64,000 nt of DNA, taken from NCBI GenBank assembly GCA_963575745.1, contig CAUYUJ010000059.1, positions 558,001-622,000 of the forward strand. The letters run 5' to 3'. A program made the position numbers and the translations under genes. Position 1 is the stretch's first letter; each line of letters opens with the position of its first letter. A model generated the notes under the pieces. That model ran no database searches. It saw only the letters and a list, made by a program, of their open reading frames with translations, and had not been told where the DNA came from. Shown piece after piece: positions 24,667 to 35,566 of this stretch. This DNA is from Prorocentrum cordatum. Its lineage: Eukaryota.

Positions 24667-24737
24667 ATGCCTCCCCAGCTCGACGCCGCCTCGCCGAAGT
24701 GGGCGGCGGCCGGCCCCTCGGGCAGGACCTCGCCCAG
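24667..24737 (+). CDS. Probable first coding exon of the IQ-like-motif protein gene
   Basis: GCCATG start, MPPQLDAASPKWAAAGPSGRTSP, then an AG|GA donor in phase 2 that joins the 29821 acceptor in frame (..TSPR SPAVPEIIRNASLPQL). An alternative GA donor after 24725 has the same phase. Confidence 0.5.
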
Positions 24738-24817
24738 GATCGGCGGGCGGCCCCCCGGAGGGTCGGGGGGGGGTAAGAGCGCACGCAGACACAAGGAATC
24801 GTCGATTCCGAGGAAAC

Positions 24818-24857
24818 TATATATATACATACATACATACATACATACATACATACA

Positions 24858-24893
<36 letters not shown>

Positions 24894-25368
24894 TATATAT
24901 GCATACATACATGCATGCATACATACATACATACACATACGTACGTACGTACGTACCTACATACCTACATATACATACATACATACGTACATACATGCAT
25001 ACATACATACATACATAAGTGCATACATACATACACATATACATACATACACATATACATATACATATAAATGTACATATGCATATACATGTACATATAC
25101 ATATACAAACAAACATACATACATACGTACATACATACATACAAACAGACATACAGACAGACAGACAGACAGGCATACATACATATATGCATGCATGCAT
25201 ACATACATACATAGATACATGCACACATACAGATATACATACATACATACATACATACATACATACATACATGCATGCATGCATGCATGCATGCATGCAT
25301 GCATGCATATATACATACATACACACATACACATATGCATGTACACATATACATATATATATATATAT
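24818..25368. repeat. (TACA)n/(TGCA)n/(TA)n microsatellite
   Basis: Direct inspection. Confidence 0.97.
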
Positions 25369-26514
25369 GGGAAACATGGGAAACATGGGAAGTTGGGGGG
25401 GAGGACGAGAGCACAGGCAAAGATGCGGAGATACGGGGGGTCCTGGGATGTGTGTGTGTGTGTATTTGCTCGTTCGTGTGTCCCTGGACCCCCCGCAGAG
25501 GGGGTGGCGCGAGGCGGGGGGGGGGGCGCCGAGGCGCTTCGGGGTCTCCTCCGAGGCGACTTCTTCTGGGCGATTTCTTCCAGGCACCGTCGTCCGCGTG
25601 GAAGGAGAAGGAGGAAAAGGAAGAGGAGGAGGAGGAGGAGAAGGAGGAGGAGGAGGAGGAGGAGCAGAAGGAGGAGGAGGAGGAGGGAGGAGAAGCAGGA
25701 GGAGGAGGAGGAGAAGTTCTTCCAGGCGACTTCTTCCGGGGCGACTTCTTCCGGACGATTTTCTTTATGAGGATTTTTGTCCGCACGCCCATGTCTGGTT
25801 GGCACCCTAGTGGTGAGTTCTGATCTTGCCATTTCGGAGGAGGGAGGGGGTTCCTCTCCTCGTCGTCATCCTCCTCCAGGGGAGGGGGATTCCTTTCCTC
25901 GCGGTCGTCCTCCTCTGCGGGGGGGGGGAGTCCGCTGCCACGGTAGCAAGGGGAAAACCCAAAAATTCTTTGCGGCGAAACCCGAAAACCGACCACAGAT
26001 TCGAAACTAGAAGGAAAGCGAAACCCGAAAATCTCCCCAAAGGCGAACCCCGAAACGCCGACGAAACCCCAACCCGAAAAACCGAAAGGGGCGAAGCCCA
26101 ACACTCCAGTTCAGACCAGCCCCGCCTCGCCCCTTCTCGTTCGTCCTTCCGCCCCCCTACCTTCCCCTTCCTCGTTCGTCCTCCACCTCTCTTCCTCGCC
26201 AATGCCCGTCCTCCTCGTCCTCCTTCCGATCCTCCCGCCTCCCACTCCTCCCTCCTCCACCTCCTCGCTCTTCCTCCCAGGCCTGCTATCCTCCTCTCCT
26301 CCCTCCTCCCTCCTCCCTCCTCCTGCTGCGTCTTGCCTCCTCTCCCTTCTCCTCCCTCCTGCCTCCTCCCTCCTCCCTCCTCTCACCTCCTTCTCCTCCT
26401 CCTCCTCCTCCTCCTCCTCCTCCTCCTCCTCCTGCTCCCTCCACCCTCCTCCCTTCTGCCTCCTCCCTACTCCCCCCCCCTCTCTCCTCTGTCCTGCCTG
26501 CAGGGCGGAAATTG

Positions 26515-27180
26515 AAACGATTCCACTGTATTCGCCACGTGGCAAGTGCCTGGGGCGGACAAATGGGCTAGCGATGTGGCAACGCTTGCAGCACTCACAA
26601 AGATACCACTCCGCGCGAACTACCAAGTGTAAGCGACGGGGGAGCGAACACACAAGCTGCTCCACTCCACGACTCGCCACGTGGCAACGCCTGCGAGGCG
26701 GAACACGTCTTTGTTCACTCTACTCGCCACCTGGCAACACCTGGGGAGCGAAACAAAGATTGCTCCACTCACCTTGCCACGTGGCAGCGCTCGGAGGGGG
26801 AAACACATACTGCTCCACTGTGCTCACCACGTGGCAGCGCCTGCGGGGCGAAACAGAACTACTCCACTCTACTCGGCACGTGGCAACGATGCGGGGCGGC
26901 AACAGATGCTGCTGCTCTCTACTCGCCACGTGGCCAGGCCTGAGAGGCAAACAGGAACATTCTCCCACTCCACTCGCCACGCGGCAACGACACGGGGAGC
27001 GGAAAAACGAAGCATAGAAAAATATCTGAACTCATCGCGTGGCAGCGCCGCGCGGACCGAACATACACAGATCCCACGCTGTTCGCCGCGTGGCAGCACC
27101 TGGGGGGGGGCGAGAACAGAGATTCCACTACGCATTCGCCGCGCGGCAACCGCGGGGGGGGGGGGGCGGGAACGCACAGA
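26515..27180. repeat. ~50-bp tandem array (CCACTCTACTCGCCACGTGGCAAC core), resuming at 28895-28950 and 29138-29312
   Basis: CGCCACGTGGCA-like cores at ~26533, 26675, 26725, 26775, 26826, 26875, 26924, 26974 and again at ~28902, 29188, 29246. Confidence 0.85.
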
Positions 27181-27360
27181 GCGCCGCTCCGTCCGCAACG
27201 GGGCAACGGCAGGCCTGCGATGTTGCCGCACAGACAATACAGTGCCGTTTTGTTTATACATGCTCCGAGTGCGGATCATGTATCAAAATGCAGGGAATTA
27301 GTATTAAAAACAACGATGAGTTCATGCATACATTTATTCATAAAATAATCATGTATTTAA

Positions 27361-28346
27361 ATTAGCCTGGCGAAGGACCCAACCATATGCAGCTGTGGGT
27401 ATCGCATTCGGGGGAGCCCCGTATGGGGCCATGAAGCGCTGTACTGGGTGGGGGGGACGCATGCGAACTGCGCCTCTGGGTCCTTCGGTGGAGCTCCCTA
27501 TGGGGCCACGAAGCGCTGTACTGGATGGGGGAACCGCATGCGGGCTGTGCCACTGGGACCTTCGGTGGAGCTCCGTATGGGGCTACGAAACGCTGTACTG
27601 GGTGGGGGGGGACGCATGCGACACGCGCCACTGGGACCTTCGGGGGAACTACCTATGGGGCCACGAAACGTTGCCTTGGGTGGGGGGGGGGGCATGCGAA
27701 CTGCACCACTGGGGCCTTCGATGGAGCTCCCTATGCGGCCACGACGCGCAGCCCTGGGTGAGGGAACCACATGCGGGCTGTGCCACTGGGACCTTCGGTG
27801 GAGCTCCCTATGGGGCCACGAAACGCTGCCCTGGGTGGGGGAACCGCATGCGGGCACCCCCACTGGGGCCTTCGGTGGAGCTCCCTATGGGGCTACGAAA
27901 CGCTGCCCTGGGTGGGGGAACCGCATGCGGGCACCCCCACTGGGGCCTTCGGTGGAGCTCCCTATGGGGCCACGAAACGCTGCCCTGGGTGGGGGAACCG
28001 CATGCGGGCTGTGCCACTGGGACCTTCGGTGGAGCTCCCTATGGGGCTACGAAACGCTGCCTGGGTGGGGGAACCGCATGACTGGGACCTTCGGTGGAGC
28101 TCCCTATGGGGCTACGAAACGCTGCCCTGGGTGGGGGAACCGCATGCGGGCTGTGCCACTGGGACCTTCGGTGGAGCTCCTCTATGGGGCTACGAAACGT
28201 GTGAGGGGTGTGCCGAGAGCAGAGGCAAGGAGGGGGAGGAGGGAGGAGGGCAAGGAGGGCGAGGAGGGGGAGGAGGAGGAGAGGAGGTGGGACGCGGGGC
28301 GCTGTCTCTTCAAAACGAGGACCCAACACCACAGGATGGTTGGGAA
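27361..28346 (-). mobile_element. HINE-like element carrying a 77-bp tandem array (~10-11 units)
   Basis: TTCGGTGGAGCTCC recurs every 77 bp (27484-28167). Subterminal inverted repeat CCCAACCAT (27378-27386) and ATGGTTGGG (28336-28344). Terminal hairpin CCCAAC..GTTGGG plus AA, and a (GGA)-rich block next to it. Confidence 0.85.
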
Positions 28347-28947
28347 ATCTTACATATTTAACCATCCTATGTATGAAAAACTGCCCTGTACCGACAGGCC
28401 GACAGGCTGGCGACAGGCCGACACGCCGGCAAAGACAATGCGAATCTGCGCGCAGGGCCGCCGAACCGCACGATGATGCTGCATCCAGCGCGGCAACGCC
28501 GCGGAGGCGAACACCGAAATCTACTCCGCACGTGGCTCCAACGCGGACGAAGGCGACGACGGCGACGACGAGAACGACGACGCCGACGACGATCACGGAC
28601 GACGATGACGACGACAAAGACGACGACGATGACGACGACGACGACGACGACGACAATAACAACGACAATGGCAACGACAATGACGAGGACGACAATGACG
28701 ATGATGAGGATGAGGATGAGGATGAGGAGGAGGAGGAGGAGGAGGAGGATGAGGACGCCGCCGCCGCCGCCGCCGCGGCCGCCGCCGCCCGCCGGCCTGC
28801 CCGCCGGCCTGCCCGCCCGCCCGCCCGCCCGCCCGCCCGCGCGCCCTCGCCCGCCCGCGCGCCCGCCCGCCCGCCCGCGCGCGCGCGCGCCCGCTCGTGC
28901 TCGCCACGTGGCAACGCTGCATGGGGAAGCGAAACGGAGACTGTTCC

Positions 28948-29136
28948 ACTCTGTAAGAACGGTTTTTTGAAGGCAGATCTGCCTTCAAAAAGAACGGTTT
29001 TTTGAAGGCAGATCTGCCTTCAAAAAACCGTTCTTACAGAGTAGACCGATTTTTTGAAGGCAGATCTGCCTTCAAAAAACCGTTCTTACAGATTTTTTGA
29101 AGGCAGATCTGCCTTCAAAAAACCGTTCTTACAGAG
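28948..29136. repeat. Cluster of four perfect palindromes centred on AGATCT
   Basis: Core TTTTTGAAGGCAGATCTGCCTTCAAAAA x4. 28990-29035 is a perfect 46-bp palindrome. The region ends CTCTGTAAGAACGG / CCGTTCTTACAGAG are mutually inverted. Confidence 0.97.
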
Positions 29137-29820
29137 CTTCCCACGCGGCAACGTTCGGAGGGGGGAACAAATATTATTCGACTGTACTCGCCACGCTGCA
29201 GCGCCTGAGCACGTGGCGCAGACAAAAATACCATCCCACTCCGCTCGCCACGTGGCAATGACGTGGGCAGTGAACAAGAAGTATACCTCCGCTCTATTCA
29301 TCACGTGGCAATGCCGCGGCGAAATCCTCCGGGCGACTTCTTCCGAGAGGAGTTCTTCCAGGGCGATTCATCCCAGCGATTTCTTCCAATAGGAGTTCTT
29401 CCATGGCGATTTCTTCCGGGGTGATTTCTTTTAGGCGCTTTATTCCGGGTTGCCATCTTCGGGGGGATTTCTTCCAGGCGGTTGACGTCGTCGTCCCTCT
29501 CCATTACACTATCCTCGAAGAAGCTCTTCGACAAATGAAAACACACATGCATCCTGGGAGCAACTTCTTCCGCGGGCTCGTTCTTCCGAGGGGACTTCTT
29601 CCAGGTGATCTCTCCTGGCGCATTTCCTCTAACGGTATTTCTTCCGGAAGCGACTTCTTCCGAAACCATTTCTTCAGGGCGAGTTTGCCCGGGGAGTTTT
29701 TTTTCCGGGCCAGGTCTTCCAGAAGGAGGTTCTTCCGGAAGAAGTCGTCTCGGAAGAAGTCGATTCGGCAGAAGTCGTCGTCTTCCCTTCGCGCCTCCCC
29801 CTGTGGGGCGCCGCCCACAG

Positions 29821-31461
29821 GAGCCCCGCAGTCCCGGAGATCATCAGGAACGCGAGCCTGCCTCAACTGACCTCCACGAGCCAGCCCGGCTCCCCCGACG
29901 CGCGCTCCAAGCACAGGAGCAAGGCGGGCGGCCTCCTCTTCGGGGTGTCCACCACCGCGGAGACGCTGAACACCCGGTCGCAGAAGAGCCTCCACAAGCT
30001 GCTCGCGGGGAGCAGGGGCGAGGAGGACGCGGTGCACACGGCGGCCTCGGGCAAGGAGAGCCAGAGGCGGTCGGACGACAACGGGAAAGCGGAGGTCGCC
30101 AACGAGGAATTCGCGGACCTGCTTGACGGCGCCCTCGGGAGCATCGCCGCGCTGAAGCGCAGCATGGACAACTTCGACCCCAAAGGAAGCAGCGACCTGC
30201 GCAGCCCCTCGTCGCCAACGCTCCAGCGCAGCAAGACGGGCAGCCCGAGTGGCTTCGGCATGTCGCGCGAGGACTCGGAGAAGCTGCAGGAGCGCATCGA
30301 GGCCTACAAGATGGTCCGCAAGGTGGAGCCCGAACTCCCGCCGCTGCAGCAGACCCAGATCCCCCCGAAGCCTGCGAAGGAGCCCTCGCAGACGGACATC
30401 TTGCTGCGCAACGCGTCGCCGGAGGCCTTGGCCACTTCGTCCGTGGAGGCGAAGAGGCTGAAGATGTGTCAGCACGTTCAGCTGGATGACCTGCGAAAGG
30501 AGCTCGCCGCGGTCAACCGCAAGACCACCGTGGACGCCAAGACCAATGACATCCTGAAGAAGCTGGACCAGAAGGCCCAGCAGAGCGCGAGGGCCGTGGC
30601 GATGCGACGGAGCAACCAGCCGAAGGTCCAGCAGGACACGCGCGATCTGCGGAAGGACCAGATGCTGGAAAAGTGGCTCGCGGCCTGCGTCGCCGGCGCG
30701 TTCGCCCGTCAGGTAATGGAGGAGATCCGCGTGCGCAAGATGTCGGATCAGGATCGCATGGAGTACATGGCGAAGACAGAGCAACTCAACCGGATGCGCG
30801 GACCGAATGCGAGCCGTTTCTTACAGGATTCCGCGGAGCAGGCCCAAAGCATTCAGGGGTTGAAGCAAGAGCCTGAAACCGTCAGGAAGCTGGGGGAATT
30901 GGCCACACGCGCACAATACATATTGCGCCGCCATCGGAAACGCTTAGAAGCCCGCTGCATCGTGGCGTGCTTGAAGGAGTGGAGAGTGGCCGGACGCACC
31001 TTCGTGGCCTTGAAGCAGTTCGCGCAGCGCGTTGTCAAGATGCAGCAGTGGTGGCGCAGGATGAGGGCGCACCTGCGGGAGGTCCGCGACAGGATCGCGA
31101 AGCGCTGGGAGCGCCTCGAGAAGGAGCAGGTCGGACGGGAGCTGAACAAAGCCGCGCCGCTACCTGCGACCCCTGGGGCCGGCCGGCGCAACCACCGCGC
31201 GGCGACCGACCAGCGGGTCCCTCTGGATGACCGGGTGAAGGCTGCCATGACCCCCGAGGACGTCCGCACCAGGTTCCTCGAGCACGAGCTGCGGGCCCGC
31301 CGCTTCGCGCTGCTGCCGGCGGTCCTGTGCTGGGAGGAGGACCTGGCCCAGTGGCGCAGCAACTGGCAGAGCTGGTCCGAGGCGCGCGCTGCGCACCGCG
31401 CCCTCGGCCTGGACGACTCCGCCGTCGTCCCCGCGCCGCTGGTGGCGTGGCCCCCAGTCAG
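29821..31461 (+). CDS. Main exon of a hypothetical helical protein with an IQ-like motif
   Basis: 1.64-kb open frame with strong G/C third-position bias and non-repetitive protein sequence. CAG|G acceptor at 29820/29821. Motif FVALKQFAQRVVKMQQWWRR resembles an IQ motif. AG|GC donor after 31461. Confidence 0.85.
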
Positions 31462-31825
31462 GCTCTCGGGAGTGCCCAGGGAGGAGGGGGGGGTACGACG
31501 TTCTCGTCGTCGGCGGGGGAGGAGGGGGCGGGAAATTTTCGCTGGCTCGTGGGGGCTCTCTCGCGTCGGGATGCTTTCCAGCAGCTGCGCCACGCCGAAA
31601 GCGCTCCTGGGGTGCCCGAACCTTGCCGAGCGGTGGCCCGAGAGCCACCACGCGTCGAAGACGGGGCGATGACCAGGGGCGTGTGGACATCATGGTCGGA
31701 GCCATGAAGTTTCCGAGTTTCCATGGCCATCTCTTCTTCCGTCAACGGGGTCCCTGGTCCCCCCTTGTTCGCGCACATGCCGCGGGTCATCATACGCTAA
31801 CCCCCCTCTTCGGCTCACCCGACAG
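31462..31825 (+). other. GC-AG intron (364 bp) with CAGGC junction repeat and degenerate inverted ends
   Basis: Removing it joins WPPVR to PSYLPK in frame. CAGGC occurs at both junctions. Confidence 0.75.
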
Positions 31826-32207
31826 GCCCTCGTACTTGCCGAAGGCCCACCTTCCGCAAGAGTTCACCCGCGGCTGCGAGTGCCCCGAATGGTGCCCTGG
31901 CAGGAGGGGCGACGAGGACATCCTCGACATGTGGCGCCGCTGCCGGACGAGCCCCGGGGGGCAGGGCGGCTGGATGAAGGTGCAGGCAGGGAAGCCTAGC
32001 AAGGGTTCCAGGTCGAAGTCTGGGAATGCCAACGGAGGCGTCCACAGGGACAGTAACGGCTGCGCGGAGGAGTTCGCCGTGGACAGTGAGAAGGTGGAGG
32101 AGCTGGAAGAGGAGGAGGAGGAGGAGCTCCGGCAGTGGGGCTGCAGCGCGGACCGGCTGCCAGGGGCCAGCAAGGTGCCGCCGCTGCGGCCCAGCAAGGA
32201 GCCCTGA
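31826..32207 (+). CDS. Last exon of the same gene (ends ...PPLRPSKEP*)
   Basis: CAG|G acceptor, same phase as the upstream donor, coding-like composition (PSYLPKAHLPQEF...DEDILDMWRRC...), TGA at 32205-32207. Confidence 0.8.
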
Positions 32208-33289
32208 GGGTGAGGCCGCCCGCGGACACTGCGGGCGGCCTGGGCGGCCCCAACTGCCCGTCGCGTGACCTTCACGCGTTTCGCGGCCCACGTTTCAACG
32301 GGGTGTTTTCCAGGCTGCCCCCCCGCAACGCCATGAGTTGGAGGCCACGTCACAGCAACCCCAGCACTCCACGAGCCAGCCAGTGCAGCTCAGTTCACGG
32401 GTTGGTCGTGACGTCTTCGCCGCAGGCCCCCAACAGAATACGGAGTTTGATTGTGTGAGGCATTCCACAAAAAGGCTTTGCCTTCGAGGATCGAAGGAGT
32501 TGTCATCTTTCCTCGGCGGAAGGGCAGCGGAAGGTCGGCGGAAGCAAAACGAGGCCGCCTCCGCCGGCGGAAGCTCGGCAGAAGGCGGCGGAAGCAAAAG
32601 ATGTGTCTCCAAGAGATGATTTTTTTTTTTAGGTTCAGGGTTTCCGAAATTGCCCATGTAGGAGAATCACTGCTAAACACCCTCATGGCGGACACAACTT
32701 CGAATGCTATGGGTGACGAGAAAGAGGAGGAGGACGGGGCCAGACCAGACCAGAGCGGACGATTCCGACCAGACCAGGTTGGACCGGCATGTTTTCTCTC
32801 TCGCCCTCAGCTTTTCCTTCGCCTTCAAAGCTGAATCGCGGCCGAGACCCTCAAACATCACAAGGGCAGTTTTTGTCTGAAAGCCCCCAGCCCCACAAAA
32901 CACGTGCTCCTTTCGCCCGTAAACCTCTGGCACACAACACGCAGTCTCTGTTCGTCCGAGGCCTTGGGAACCACAGAACATATGGGTAATTTTCACCCGT
33001 AAGTTTCGGTCCCCGCAACATACGTGATTGGTGTTCCGCGAGACTCGGGACTCACAAAACACATGTTGTTTTCGTCCGTACATTCGGAGGTTGCAAAAAG
33101 ACATGCGTGATTGAGCCCTCACGGCGGGAGTCACGGCGGGCCCCCAGAGGGAAATTCGCATGTCAATTTTGCAATTAGTGGATATTCGGGGCATGGCTTC
33201 GACGACGGTCGGCATCACTCGTTGGAATTTTTGTCGGGGCCATCTTGACATCTAGGGGGTGACAGACGGTCTCAGGTGCCAACAGGGCT

Positions 33290-33470
33290 GTGGGGGTCTA
33301 CGGTCCACGAAGTTCGTGAGTGGTGTGCCGAATCGAAGCTCCATTGAACCGTCTGAAGGGTCAGCTGAGAGCCCAATGCGTAAGCGGTGTTCCGAATTGA
33401 GGCCCCAGGGAGCCTCTTGTGGGGCCAGCTGAGCACCCATGATGCACGAAGTGCGTCAGGAGGGAAAAAA
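33290..33470. repeat. Dispersed repeat family with ~65-bp GTGAGGGGTGTGCCGAAT units (also 36680-36830 and 37840-37955)
   Basis: Shared CGTGAG(G/T)GGTGT(G/A)CCGAA(T/C) and GGGGCCAGCTGAGC motifs at three loci. Confidence 0.65.
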
Positions 33471-33879
33471 CATACAGACACAGTTCTTGACGCTTCGCGT
33501 AACCCCCCCCATTCGCTGCTGGCGCGTTCGCCTGCGGCCGCGACGAAAAAAGTACCCCCCCCAGGTGCGCCATTTTGGCCGCGCCTATTTGATGGTCGCC
33601 ACCAGGGTCTCCACGCCACCGAGTTGGGAGTGTTGTGTCTGGCTCTTCTTCCTCTGAGTGGCTGCCCGCGCGCTCACTTTGCTTGCCTCTCTTCTTGCTG
33701 CCTAGTCGCGGCCCGGCTAGTGTTTGGACGGCTTTCGACCTGCTTCGCGAGCCCGCATGCCAAAAAGTAACCCCCCCAACCCATCCAGCGACGATGTCCA
33801 GACGAGCTGCCCTGATCAGGGATGTGAGGAAGCATACAGAGTAACAAAGGGTTGGAGAAACCGTCGTACCCCAAGAGGG

Positions 33880-34356
33880 GAAAGAAGGAGGAGGAATTTG
33901 AGGAAGAGGAGAGGAGGAGGAGGAGGAGGAGGAGGAGGAGGAGGAGGAGGAAGAGGGGGAGGACTAGGAGGAGGAGAAGGAGGAGGAGGAGGAGGAGGAG
34001 GAGCAGGAGAAAGTGGAGGAGGACGAGGAGGAGGAGGAGAAGGAGGAGGAGGATAAACAGTGGGGGAGGTGGAGGAGGGAGGAGGGAGGAGGACACACAG
34101 GCGGTTGATGAGGAGGATAAGAGGAAAAAGAAGAAGAGGAGAAGGAGGAGGAGGACGAGGACGAGGAGGAGAAGGAGGAGGAGGAGGAGAAAGTGGAGGA
34201 AGAGGAGGAGGAGGAGGAGAAGAAGTTGGGGAGGGGGAGGAGGGAGGAGGGAGGAGGAGACACAGGCGGTTAATGAGAAGGATAAGAGGAAAAAGAGGAA
34301 GAGGAAAAGGAGGAGGAGGACGAGGACGAGGAGGAGGAGAAGGAGGAGGAGGAGGG
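33880..34356. repeat. (GGA)n-rich tract with an internal ~170-bp duplication
   Basis: GACACAGGCGGTT.ATGAG.AGGATAAGAGGAAAAAG at ~34093 and ~34259. Confidence 0.92.
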
Positions 34357-34574
34357 TACTTGCAGACCTCCTCTACCTGGCGGGCGCCTACTCTTTTTAT
34401 TATTCTTCGCCGCTTCATGTGATGTCTTGCGTTTCCCGCGGTGCCCGCCAGGTACTGCGTGCCCCAAGTCGGGCTATGTGTTTCCCTTTACGCTTCTGCC
34501 TAAGAGCCCCAGAATCCAAGGGTTCGGGTCTGGCCAACGGGGAAAACGGAGAAGGAGGGGGAAGAGAAAAATTG

Positions 34575-35230
34575 CGAGTTGGGGGCCTCTCGGGGCGTCT
34601 TGGGCGCCTCTTGGCAGTCCCGGGGGCCTCTCGGGTGTCTCGGACAGCCTCTTGAGGCTTCCGGGGGGTCACTTGGAAGTCTCTTGGGGGCATCTTGGGG
34701 CCTCTTTGGCGCCTGTTGGGGCCCTCTTGGGGCGCTCTTGGAAGTCTTGGAGGCGCTCTTGGAGCCATCTTGAATGAGATCGCCAAAAAAGTGGGGCTAA
34801 TTAGCCTTGCCCCTCTAGAGTACCTAAGATCTCCTCTTGGAGCCCTCTTGGGGCCGTCTTGGGGCCCTCTTGGGCATCTCCTGGGCATCTTTTGGGGGCC
34901 CTTTGGAGCTGTCTTGAGGGCTCGGAAGGCCATCGAAAGCAAAAAGGCGAGAAGGCCAAGTGGATTGATAGTCTTTAGGTTTTTGAAGGATGTTGGCCTC
35001 TTGGCGGCCTCCTGGGGAGGTTACATGGCCACCTGGCGCCATCTTGGAGTGCTCTTGGGGCCTCTTAGAGCAGCATCTTGGGAGCCATCTGGAGCCATCT
35101 TGGGCTATCTTGAGCCATCTCGAAGGTCATCTTAGGCTCTCTGAGGCCCTCTGGGAGCCATCTTGGGCCATCTTGGACGCTCCAACGCATCCCGAACCCC
35201 CCCTCCAGGTCCAGGGGATGGGGTAGGGGG
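34575..35230 (-). mobile_element. 'GGCCCAAGA' repeat family member (further copies 38430-38810 and 45828-46080)
   Basis: Dense GGCC(G)TCTTGG motifs, the reverse complement of those at 17285-18170. Confidence 0.65.
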
Positions 35231-35373
35231 AAGGGTCAAGACTCCCTCCCCGCCCGCAAGCCGTCTCACTCGCTCCCACCCGCCCTCCCAACACATACGT
35301 AGCACCCGAGCCTGGCCCGAGCCGCAGCATATTCAGCAGTCGTCTTTGGATGGGCAGCTACTGGGGGCGAATC

Positions 35374-35566
35374 TGCCGCCGCCGCCGCCGCCTCCGCCGC
35401 CGCCGCCGCCCGCCGCCGCCGCCGCCGCGCAGCCGCCGCCGCTGTCCGCCGCCGCCGCCGCGGCCGCCGGCGCCGCCGCCCCCGCTGCCGAATCGCCGCC
35501 GCCGCAGCCGCCGCCGCCGCCCCCGCCGCCGCCGCCGCTGCCCCCGCCGCAGCCGCCGCCGCCGCC
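35374..35566. repeat. (GCC)n microsatellite
   Basis: Direct inspection. Confidence 0.95.

Larger units (their letters stand above)
25550..29785. mobile_element. GGCGACTTCTTCC minisatellite element apparently split by nested insertions
   Basis: 15-16-bp GGCGA(C/T)TTCTTCC units at 25555-25770 and 29330-29735. The last units (29735-29780) are inverted around TTCTTCCGGAAGAA. Confidence 0.55.

Noticed and set aside
27400..28200. CRISPR-like appearance of the 77-bp array (also the 64-bp and 80-bp arrays)
   Set aside because: The whole unit is repeated with no unique spacers, there are no cas genes, and the context is eukaryotic.
28948..29136. Palindrome cluster as a mini-CRISPR or terminator set
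   Set aside because: Intervening sequences are fragments of the same palindrome arms, not spacers; there is no loop or prokaryotic gene context.
31462..31672. C-terminal 70 aa of the listed 575-aa ORF
   Set aside because: Composition changes abruptly after WPPVR and an in-frame splice to 31826 explains the gene better.
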